Positions 12,550 through 22,185 of a DNA stretch of 64,000 nt are shown here, piece by piece. The translations under genes were made by a program, and so were the position numbers. The notes below the pieces were generated by a model. That model searched no databases. It was given only the letters and a program-made list of their open reading frames with translations, and was not told the DNA's origin. Source of the DNA: Scyliorhinus canicula (taxonomy: Eukaryota); contig NW_024055479.1 of assembly GCF_902713615.1 (NCBI RefSeq), positions 310,001 to 374,000 on the forward strand. Direction: 5' to 3'. How positions within the stretch are numbered: position 1 is the stretch's first letter; every line of letters begins with the position of its first letter.

Positions 12550-13476
12550 ATGTCAGGGAAGGCAGTACAATGCTCCTCCTGCAGAATGTTTGAGGTGAGG
12601 GACGCCGTCAGTGTCCCTGCTGATTTCATCTGTGGGAAGTGCACCCAACTCCAGCTCCTCAAAAACCGTGTTAGGGACCTGGAGCTTGAGCTGGATGAAC
12701 TTCGGATCATTCGGGAGGCAGAGGGGGTCATAGATAGGAGCTTCAGGGAAGTAGTTACACCAAAGACTGGAGATAGATGGGTAACTGTAAGAGGGATTGG
12801 GAAGAAGCAGTCAGTGCAGGGACCCCCTGCGGCCGTTCCCCTGAGTAACAAGTATACCGTTTTGGATACTTGTGGGGGGGACGACTTACCAGGGGTAAGC
12901 CATGGGGTACGGGCCTCTGGCACGGAGTCTGTCCCTGTTGCTCAGAAGGGAAGGGGGGAAAGGAGTAGAACATTAGTAATTGGGGACTCAATAGTCAGGG
13001 GCACAGATAGGAGATTTTGTGGGAGCGAGAGAGACTCACGTTTGGTATGTTGCCTCCCAGGTGCAAGGGTACGTGATGTCTCGGATCGTGTTTTCCGGGT
13101 CCTTAAGGGGGAGGGGGAGCAGCCCCAAGTCGTAGTCCACATTGGCACTAACGAAATAGGTAGGAAAGGGGACAAGGATGTCAGGCAGGCCTTTAGGGAG
13201 CTAGGATGGAAGCTCAGAGCGAGAACAAACAGAGTTGTTATCTCTGGGTTGTTGCCCGTGCCACGTGATAGTGAGATGAGGAATAGGGAGAGAGAGCAAT
13301 TAAACACGTGGCTACAGGGATGGTGCAGGCGGGAGGGATTCAGATTTCTGGATAACTGGGGCTCTTTCTGGGGAAGGTGGGACCTCTATAGACAGGATGG
13401 TCTACATCTGAACCTGAGGGGCACCAATATCCTGGGGGGGAGATTTGTTAGTACTCTTTGGGGGGGTTTAAACTAA
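12550..13476 (+). CDS. CR1 ORF1: zinc finger, coiled coil and SGNH/GDSL esterase-like domain
   Basis: CSSC...CGKC, LELELDEL, LVIGDSIVRG, VHIGTNE, DGLHLN motifs; no stops. Confidence 0.9.
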   Translation: MSGKAVQCSSCRMFEVRDAVSVPADFICGKCTQLQLLKNRVRDLELELDELRIIREAEGVIDRSFREVVTPKTGDRWVTVRGIGKKQSVQGPPAAVPLSNKYTVLDTCGGDDLPGVSHGVRASGTESVPVAQKGRGERSRTLVIGDSIVRGTDRRFCGSERDSRLVCCLPGARVRDVSDRVFRVLKGEGEQPQVVVHIGTNEIGRKGDKDVRQAFRELGWKLRARTNRVVISGLLPVPRDSEMRNREREQLNTWLQGWCRREGFRFLDNWGSFWGRWDLYRQDGLHLNLRGTNILGGRFVSTLWGGLN

Positions 13477-16361
13477 TTCAGCAGGGGCATGGGAACCTGG
13501 ATTGTAGTTTTGGGGTGCGAGAGATTGAGAGTAGAGAGGTCAGGAGCACAGTTTTGACTTCGCAGGAGGGCGGCAGTGTTCAGGTCTGTGGTTTGAAGTG
13601 TGTCTATTTCAATGCCAGGAGTATACGAAATAAGGTAGGGGAACTGGCAGCATGGGTTGGTACCTGGGACTTCGATGTTGTGGCCATTTCAGAGACATGG
13701 ATAGAGCAGGGACAGGAATGGTTGTTGCAGGTTCCGGGGTTTAGGTGCTTTAGTAAGGTCAGAGAAGGGGGCAAAAGAGGGGGAGGTGTGGCGCTGCTAG
13801 TCAAGGACAGTATTACGGTGGTAGAAAGGATGCAAGATGGGGACTCTTCTTCCGAGGTAGTATGGGCTGAGGTTAGAAACAGGAAAGGAGAGGTCACCCT
13901 GTTGGGAGTTTTCTATAGGCCACCTAATAGTTCTAGAGATGTAGAGGAAAGGATGGCGAAGATGATTCTGGAAAAGAGCGAAAGTAACAGGGTAGTTGTT
14001 ATGGGAGACTTTAACTTTCCTAATATTGACTGGAAAAGATATAGTTCGAGTACATTGGATGGGTCGTTCTTTGTACAATGTGTGCAGGAGGGTTTTCTGA
14101 CACAATATGTTGACAGGCCAACAAGAGGTGAGGCCACTTTGGATTTGGTTTTGGGTAATGAACCAGGCCAGGTGTTAGATCTGGAGGTAGGTGAACACTT
14201 TGGAGACAGTGACCACAATTCGGTGACCTTTACGTTAGTGATGGAAAGGGATAAGTATACCCCGCAGAGCAAGAGTTATAGCTGGGGGAAGGGCAATTAT
14301 GATGCCATTAGACATGACTTAGGATGTGTTGGTTGGAGAAGTAGGCTGCAAGGGTTGGGCACACTGGATATGTGGAGCTTGTTCAAGGAACAGCTATTGC
14401 ATGTTCTTGATAAGTACGTACCAGTCAGGCAGGGAGGAAGGGGTCGAGCGAGGGAACCGTGGTTTACCAAAGAAGTGGAATCTCTTGTTAAGAGGAAGAA
14501 GGAGGCCTATGTGAAGATGAGGCGTGAAGTTTCAGTTGGGGCGCTTGATAGTTACAAGGAAGCGAGGAAGGATCTAAAGAGAGAGCTGAGACGAGCAAGG
14601 AGGGGACATGAGAAGTCTTTGGCAGGTAGGATCAAGGAAAACCCAAAAGCTTTCTATAGGTATGTCAGGAATAAAAGAATGACTAAGGTAAGAGTAGGGC
14701 CAGTCAAGGACAGTGGTGGGAAGTTGTGTGTGGAGGCTGAGGAGATAAGCGAGATACTAAATGAATACTTTTCGTCAGTATTCACTCAAGAAAAAGATAA
14801 TATTGTGGAGGAGACTGCTGAGACCCAGGCTATTAGAATAGATGGCATTGAGGTGCGTAGGGAAGAAGTGTTGGCAATTCTGGACAAGGTGAAAATAGAT
14901 AAGTCCCCGGGGCCGGATGGGATTTATCCTAGGATTCTCTGGGAAGCCAGGGAAGAGATTGCTGAGCCATTGGCTTTGATTTTTAGGTCATCATTGGCTA
15001 CAGGAATAGTGCCAGAGGACTGGAGGATAGCAAATGTGGTCCCTTTGTTCAAGAAGGGGAGTAGAGATAACCCCGGTAACTATAGGCCGGTGAGCCTAAC
15101 GTCTGTGGTGGGTAAAGTCTTGGAGAGGATTATAAAAGATACGATTTATAATCATCTAGATAGGAATAATATGATTAGGGATAGTCAGCATGGTTTTGTG
15201 AAGGGTAGGTCATGCCTCACAAACCTTATCGAGTTCTTTGAGAAGGTGACTGAACAGGTAGACGAGGGTAGAGCAGTTGATGTGGTGTATATGGACTTCA
15301 GTAAAGCGTTGGATAAGGTTCCCCACGGTCGGCTATTGCAGAAAATACGGAGGATGGGGATTGAGGGTGATTTAGAGATGTGGATCAGAAATTGGCTAGT
15401 TGAAAGAAGACAGAGAGTGGTAGTTGATGGGAAATGTTCAGAATGGAGTTCAGTTACGAGTGGCGTACCACAAGGATCTGTTCTGGGGCCGTTGCTGTTT
15501 GTCATTTTTATAAATGACCTAGAGGAGGGCGCAGAAGGATGGGTGAGTAAATTTGCAGACGACACTAAAGTCGGTGGAGTTGTAGACAGTGCGGAAGGAT
15601 GTTGCAGGTTACAGAGGGACATAGATAAGCTGCAGAGCTGGGCTGAGAGGTGGCAAATGGAGTTTAATGTGGAGAAGTGTGAGGTGATTCACTTTGGAAA
15701 GAATAACAGGAATGCGGAATATTTGGCTAATGGTAAAATTCTTGGTAGTGTGGATGAGCAGAGGGATCTCGGTGTCCATGTACATAGATCCCTGAAAGTT
15801 GCCACCCAGGTTGATAGGGTTGTGAAGAAGGCCTATGGTGTGTTGGCCTTTATTGGTAGAGGGATTGAGTTCCGGAGCCATGAGGTCATGATGCAGCTGT
15901 ACCAAACTCTGGTACGGCCGCATTTGGAGTATTGCGTACAGTTCTGGTCGCCTCATTATAGGAAGGACGTGGAAGCTTTGGAACGGGTGCAGAGGAGATT
16001 TACCAGGATGTTGCCTGGTATGGAGGGAAAATCTTATGAGGAAAGGCTGTTGGACTTGAGGTTGTTTTCGTTAGAGAGAAGAAGGTTAAGAGGTGACTTA
16101 ATAGAGGCATACAAAATGATCAGAGGGTTAGATAGGGTGGACAGCGAGAGCCTTCTCCCACGGATGGAGGTGGCTAGCACGAGGGGACATAGCCTTAAAT
16201 TGAGGGGTAATAGATATAGGACAGAGGTCAGAGGTAGGTTTTTTACGCAAAGAGTGGTGAGGCCGTGGAATGCCCTACCTGCAACAGTAGTGAACTCGCC
16301 AACATTGAGGGCATTTAAAAATTTATTGGATAAGCATATGGATGATAAGGGCATAGTGTAG
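13458..16361 (+). CDS. CR1 ORF2: AP-like endonuclease and reverse transcriptase (967 aa)
   Basis: YFNARS, SETW, GDFN, SDHN (endonuclease); QHGF, GVPQGSVLGP, FADD (RT); uninterrupted. Confidence 0.95.
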   Translation: MGGFKLIQQGHGNLDCSFGVREIESREVRSTVLTSQEGGSVQVCGLKCVYFNARSIRNKVGELAAWVGTWDFDVVAISETWIEQGQEWLLQVPGFRCFSKVREGGKRGGGVALLVKDSITVVERMQDGDSSSEVVWAEVRNRKGEVTLLGVFYRPPNSSRDVEERMAKMILEKSESNRVVVMGDFNFPNIDWKRYSSSTLDGSFFVQCVQEGFLTQYVDRPTRGEATLDLVLGNEPGQVLDLEVGEHFGDSDHNSVTFTLVMERDKYTPQSKSYSWGKGNYDAIRHDLGCVGWRSRLQGLGTLDMWSLFKEQLLHVLDKYVPVRQGGRGRAREPWFTKEVESLVKRKKEAYVKMRREVSVGALDSYKEARKDLKRELRRARRGHEKSLAGRIKENPKAFYRYVRNKRMTKVRVGPVKDSGGKLCVEAEEISEILNEYFSSVFTQEKDNIVEETAETQAIRIDGIEVRREEVLAILDKVKIDKSPGPDGIYPRILWEAREEIAEPLALIFRSSLATGIVPEDWRIANVVPLFKKGSRDNPGNYRPVSLTSVVGKVLERIIKDTIYNHLDRNNMIRDSQHGFVKGRSCLTNLIEFFEKVTEQVDEGRAVDVVYMDFSKALDKVPHGRLLQKIRRMGIEGDLEMWIRNWLVERRQRVVVDGKCSEWSSVTSGVPQGSVLGPLLFVIFINDLEEGAEGWVSKFADDTKVGGVVDSAEGCCRLQRDIDKLQSWAERWQMEFNVEKCEVIHFGKNNRNAEYLANGKILGSVDEQRDLGVHVHRSLKVATQVDRVVKKAYGVLAFIGRGIEFRSHEVMMQLYQTLVRPHLEYCVQFWSPHYRKDVEALERVQRRFTRMLPGMEGKSYEERLLDLRLFSLERRRLRGDLIEAYKMIRGLDRVDSESLLPRMEVASTRGHSLKLRGNRYRTEVRGRFFTQRVVRPWNALPATVVNSPTLRAFKNLLDKHMDDKGIV

Positions 16362-17124
16362 GTTAGATGGCCTTTAGTTTTTTTTTTTTCCATGTCGGTG
16401 CAACATCGAGGGCCGAAGGGCCTGTACTGCGCTGTATCGTTCTATGTTCTATGTTCTAAAAGATCAGCCATGATCTCATTGAATGGCGGAGCAGGCTCGA
16501 GGGGCCAGTTGGCCTACTCCTGCTCCTAGTTCTTATGTTCTTATGTTCCTTATATAACTGCTGCCTTACCTTTATTTTGAGCTCATGTTCTCTCTTTCTG
16601 GTGTCTGTTACAGTTGTACATACATTTGGCAGCTCAGACGGCATGTCTTCTGTTCTCAGAGTAACTCTCAATCGTTATGTTCTCTTTTGTTAACTTCAAA
16701 ACAAACTTTTGTGTAATATTCTCTGTGAAATTTTAATAAATATTGAATGAAAAATGAAGAAAGTAAGACTTTGCTGAACTCCTTCCTCTAAGGTCCATCG
16801 GCACCGCTCCTTTTCCCCGATAATACAGTTGTCTCCCCTTTCCCAGACAGATATTTCCCACCGGTCCTGTCTGGGATGTGTCTGAACTCAAGGCCCCTCA
16901 GTGAAAGAGCCATTGCGCCACCATGCCCATCCGGGTTAAGTCACCTTCACCTTTGCCTTTTTATGGTAAACTCCAGAGACAGAATTATTTCACAGCTGAA
17001 GAATTCCACAGATTCACTACCCTCTGATGGAAGAATGTCTCCACATATCTGTTCTAAATTTCTTAGATTATGCCCTGTCCTGCTAGACTCTTCCACAAGA
17101 GGAAACAAGATGATTTTTCAGGCT

Positions 17125-17440
17125 GTGTAACTGGTTAAAGCTCTTTCCACAGTCAGTTCACTGGAACACTCCCACTCAGGTGTGTGTGGGTCTCGGGGCT
17201 TTTCCAGTCACACTGATGTTTGAAATCTCTTCCCACAGTCAGAACAGACAAACACATTGACAGTTTGTGATATTTAGATCCTAATGAATTGAGTGACTGT
17301 CAGATCTTGATGTTATATTTAGTTTGAGTTGCCCAGCTACCAATCCTCCCGTTCTGATGTCTGACAATGAAGTTTACAAAAATGATCACTGTATGAATGG
17401 GATAGAAATTCACAACAGATGATTCTAGTTTCTATCGAAC
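17125..17440 (-). pseudogene. C2H2 zinc-finger gene relic
   Basis: Minus strand reads degenerate VCSDCGKRF and DCGKSFNQL units with stops. Confidence 0.55.
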
Positions 17441-18189
17441 CTTCTTTCCTCTCTTGCTTTCCCCAAGCATGTGGTCCAGTCAAACTAAAAGACCAAAATC
17501 AGCGAGAAGTCCCAACAAAAGTGTAGGGAACCTTCCTAACGGAACCAGAATATTGTTCCCAGTGTCTCTGCAACACTCTGTCCGCTGAGGTATCCACTGG
17601 TTGTGTAAGGTGTCAAACATTCCAGTGGATACCGCATGCTCCCTCTGCAGGGCCACTGGGAATAGACAAGACCACGGAACAGAAGTCAGCTGCCAGAATA
17701 ATCCCCACCCCCTCCATAATAATAATAATTTTTGTTGTCAGAAGTAGGCTTACATTAACACAGTAGTTAAGTTACTGTGAAAAGCCCCTTGTCACCACAT
17801 TTTGGCGCATGTTTGGGCACATAGAGGGTGAATTCAGAATGCCCAATTCAGAATGCTCAACAGTGGTTTTATTTTCATCATCCATTCTATAAGGCGGACG
17901 TATAACCCCGAAATTGCACTGTATTTCTACAATCACTGGTAGCCAGATCAGCCCCCCCCCCCCCCCCCCCCCCCCACACACACACACATTTCACATTGGG
18001 GACACCAAGAAGTGCGGTGAGAACATACCGAGATACGACAGCAGATTATTGAGGGCGGGGTTTAGCACGGGAGGTTTGAAATATCTGTTGCTCGTTTTAC
18101 TGGAGTGTGATTAACACGCCTCCGTTTAAAGGCCGTGTGCTTAACACTACTATGGCTCTGTATGTGTAATTATGCTCGGAGTCGCCAGG

Positions 18190-19126
18190 TGCCGTAACAG
18201 ACACCGTCACAAGTATATCAAGGTCAGGTTCAAAGTAATAAATCCGTACACCGATTAGTAAGTCCAAACGATTGGTGTTTATTATAACAAATATAATAAA
18301 TACACATGCATACGCTAAAGAGACTAACTTACTTCTAATACTAAACAACTAAATACTTATCTAGACAGGAACAGGCAAGGTCAGGGAGCAAGGCCTTCGT
18401 CCCGTTCTTGGTCTGTAACTTTCTGATTCTCAAAGTTGTCAAGGGCTAGCAAGGTCTGGATCACGTAGCGATCGTTGTGTTGGCACTTACAGTTCGATGG
18501 CTGGTGCTCAACGGCCGGTGATGAAACTGGAGTCAGGAAGCGATGTAACAGGTCTGGGCCGGAGCAAAACAACAGACCTGGGCCGGAGCAAACAACAGAC
18601 CTGGGCCGGAGCAAACAACAGACCTGGGTCAGAGCAAACAACGGACCTGGGCCGGAGCAAACAACAGACCGAACCATGTGCGGGACCTACTCTTATAGGT
18701 CCTAGATGTCCCGTGCCCCTTGGGGCGGGTTCTTTCACCTGCTAGGTATCGATTGGGTCTTTCCCAATTGATATCTTTCAAACTCCCCAATCTTAGGGTC
18801 GTTCATCGATGGGTGGGGCGGTCCCTACGGCTCTTTGTGTTGGTTGCTTTGGCGCCATTCTGTCTGGGCGTCTTTGGAAAAGTATCCATCGATATTTAAA
18901 TGTTTCTATTGTCCGGGGTCTGGATCTGGATCACCTCATTACTATGCAGATCTGTTTCCCATTTGCACCTTTGGCTGAAACTCTGCACCTAGCCAGAAAC
19001 TGGTTTATGTACGTGCAGAATGCAAAACAGTCTTCTGCGAGCTGTTTGTCCTCACTAAGACTGTTTTTCCCTGCAGCCTTAGCAGTTCTCCATTTTGTAG
19101 CCCAGTGTCCATCTTAGATGGCTACA
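18190..19126 (-). mobile_element. LTR of an endogenous retrovirus or LTR retroelement
   Basis: Minus strand TGTAGCC...CA; purine tract AAGGAGGG just upstream; CCAAT near 18750, GC box near 18722, TATA near 18695, AATAAA near 18280; PBS-like TGGCGAC at 18187; 25-bp tandem repeats 18540-18670. Confidence 0.6.
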
Positions 19127-19597
19127 TACCCTCCTTGTGATCCTCACGAGAAATTGTGAAGGATCACCTATGCATGTTTCTTCGAGTGCCTTTGGGTGCC
19201 CTCTTTGGGTTCCCTGACCTTAGCAAGTTCCTGGGCGTCTACTCTGTCCTTAACTATGGCAAAAAAATGTTAACTCACATTTCTACTTGGCGCTATGTCA
19301 AAGGGGACATGCATTACCAATAACCGGGAACCTCTATCTATCATAACTACTCTCCTTATCTCATTTTAAACATTTTATTACAGTCTAAAAAAAAACCTTA
19401 TCCATTCACACCACATTACATGTCACTTTCTGACTCGGCAGTCGAGTTCAGAACAATATAATACATTAGTGTCTTTATTAACATAGTGCTTTATTCATTT
19501 CCTGGGCATCAAGGGGTTGGGGGGATTGGTGAAAACCGAAAATAGGGGATTGAACTCCGTAAATGGTTGAGGGGCAGGAACGGGAGGTTCTCCTTTT

Positions 19598-19849
19598 CTA
19601 TTTCCTCAACCTGAGGGTCTGTACTATGATGCAGAGAATTGCAATCACCAACAGTGATTCAATCACATACGACATTGAGTACCATGTCATGAATTTTGTG
19701 CACCAGGTCTGAACTTCGCTGATCAGTGCTGAGCACGGGGGAGTTGGTGTGAGGGAAACATTAATGGCGGGGGTTGTGGGGGAAACGTGACTTGCTTCCA
19801 GATGTACAAATACAACAACGTTTAAAACTAATAGGTAGGCTTCCATCAT
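19598..19849 (-). CDS. Putative 83-aa type I membrane microprotein inside the LTR element
   Basis: Hydrophobic N-terminus, Pro/Thr-rich stretch with NVS sequon, C-terminal hydrophobic segment, RLRK. Confidence 0.3.
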   Translation of the reverse strand: MMEAYLLVLNVVVFVHLEASHVSPTTPAINVSLTPTPPCSALISEVQTWCTKFMTWYSMSYVIESLLVIAILCIIVQTLRLRK

Positions 19850-20466
19850 GGTCTTCTCTGTTCTCTTTGTCCTCTTCCTTCTGTATGGCCGATCCTTGCC
19901 ATGAACCCTCTTTCGACATTATAAAGCTATGGGATCAAGCACAGTATCTGTCAATACACAGTTTAATATCCGTACTGTTAGTGTATCTGTCCTCTTATTC
20001 CAATTGACCCTTAAATGACTGGCCAAGTCACTCCCTGTGACTCCCCTCATTTTTTTTTCAAAAGCGAATTTAGGAGCAGAAATACACCTAACAACTTTCC
20101 TCCTGCGAGCCGTCTCGCAGGCTTTGCAAATTTACCATCCGAATGTTCCTGGATGTAAATAGCATGTGGGATGGCGGCCTAAGGGCTACGGAACGAAAAA
20201 TGAAAGCAAATTTTGAAACGAAAAAGTCGAATGAGTTGCGTATGGGCCGCTGCGGGTAAGATTTGGATGGAATCCCCGGGTAAGGCGTGCTGTGCCGTAC
20301 CCAAGCTTGGCTGACCAAAGGGGGGGGGGGGGTTCTCAGACAGGGCGGGTCCTCAATGCCGTTTCTCCACTGTCTGAGCAACCTGAAATGAATGGGCAAG
20401 AATGTAGTCGTAGTGGAATTGCAGCCTCTATTCCCAGAATATCGGGGCACCAAAAAACAAGGGTGG

Positions 20467-20614
20467 AACTCTGCACCTGGCCAGAAACTGGTTTCTGTAC
20501 GTGCAGAATGCAAAACAGTCTTCTGCAAGCTGTTTGTCCTCACTAAGACTGTTTTTCCCTGCAGCCTTAGCAGTTCTCCATTTTGTAGCCCAGTGTCCAT
20601 CTTAGATGGCTACA
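20467..20614 (-). mobile_element. Second, partial LTR copy (148 bp)
   Basis: Near-identical direct repeat of 18979..19126. Confidence 0.75.
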
Positions 20615-20809
20615 TTGTGCAGGTTAGGTGGATTAGCCATGCAAAATTGCCACTTCGTCTCCAAGGACATGGATGTTGGGTGGGGTTATGAGGATGGAGT
20701 GGGCATGGGTGGGGTGGGCCTGGGTGGGGTGCTCTTTCAGAGGGTTGGTGCAGACTCGATGGCCCGATTGGGCTCCTTCTGCACTGGAGGAATTCTATTA
20801 CTTTGGAAC

Positions 20810-21990
20810 TACCACCCTTAAAATGCAGTGGAAGCAGAGTCCTTGAACATTTCTGAGGCAGGGATGGATAGATTCTTGATAAGCAAGGTTATCAGGGTCG
20901 GCAGGAATGTGGAATTGAGGTTAAACTTTTTGAGTGATGGAGCAGGATTGAGGGGCCGACTCCTAGTTTGTGTGTAAGGAGCAGGCCTGAGGGGCCGACT
21001 CCCAGTTTGTATGTAAGGAGCAGGCTTGAGGGGCCGAGTGGCCTGCTCCTAGTTTGTTTGGAAGCATGCAAGTACAGCAGGCGGTAAAGAAAGCAAATGG
21101 CTTGTTGGCCTTCATAGCAAGAGGATTTGAGTCGAGGAGCAGGGATGTCTTGCTGCAATTATACAGGGCCTTGGTGAGGCCACAGCTGGAATATTGTGTG
21201 CCGTATTAGTCTCCTTATCTGAGGAACGATGATCTAGCTAAAGAGGAAATGCAGCAAAGTTTTGCCAGACTGATTCTTGGGATGGGAGGGTCTGATGTAT
21301 GAGAGATTGAATCGGTCAGGATTATATTCACTGGAGTTCAGAAGAATGAGGGATCTCATAGAAACCTATAGAATGTGGGCTGCACGATGGCGCTGTGGTT
21401 AGCACGGTTGCCTCACGTCACCGAGGATCCAGGTACGATCCCGGCCCTGGGTCACTCTCTGTGGGTTTTGCGCATCCTCCCTGTGTCTGCATGGGTCTCA
21501 CCCCCACAACCCAAAGATATGCAGGGTAGGTACATTGGCCATGCTAAAATTACCCCTTTAAATTACCCCTTAATTGGGAAAAAAAAGAATTGGGCACTCT
21601 AAATTTATGTTTTAAAAAAAGAAACCTATAAAATTCTAACAGGGTGAGACAGAGTAGATTCAGGAAGGATGATCCCAATAGTGGGTGTGACCAGAAATAG
21701 GGGTCACAGTCTGAGGATATGGGGTAGACCATTTAGGAGAGAGATGAGGATAAATCTCTTCACCCAGAGAGTGGTGAGCCTGTGGAATCTGTCGCTACAG
21801 GAACTAATTAAAGCCAAACATTGCATGTTTTCAAGAAGTAGTTAGATACAGCACTGAGGGTGAAGGGAATCAAAGGATATGGGGGGAAAGCGGGATTAGG
21901 GTATTGAGCCTAATCAGCTCTGATCGTAATGAATGGTGGAGCAGGCTCGAAGGGCCAAATGGCCTCCTGCTCCTATTTCCTAAGTTGCTC
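20810..21990 (+). mobile_element. Decayed CR1 3' fragments
   Basis: RT C-terminal and 3' UTR text (ggccttggtgaggccacagctggaatattg; aatggtggagcaggctcgaaggg). Confidence 0.75.
21371..21619 (+). mobile_element. HE1-type SINE with A-rich tail and 11-bp target-site duplication
   Basis: agaaacctata at 21360-21370 and 21620-21630. Confidence 0.85.
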
Positions 21991-22185
21991 CGTATCTATG
22001 CATGTAAATGGTCCAGGAGGTATGAGGAAGAATGTTTTTACACAGCCAGTGGCAATGACCTTAAACTTGCTGCCAATGATGGAGTTTGGAAATAGACACA
22101 ATGAATGATTTTTTTAAAAATTGGACAGAAACCTGAGAGAAATAAAGCTGTGAGGATAGAGAGATAGAAGAGAATGAGATTTGGG

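Larger units (their letters stand above)
11867..16457 (+). mobile_element. Full-length CR1 LINE with two open ORFs, nested in another CR1
   Basis: 5' tandem monomers, ORF1, ORF2, (ttctatg)n tail at 16440-16457. Confidence 0.93.
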
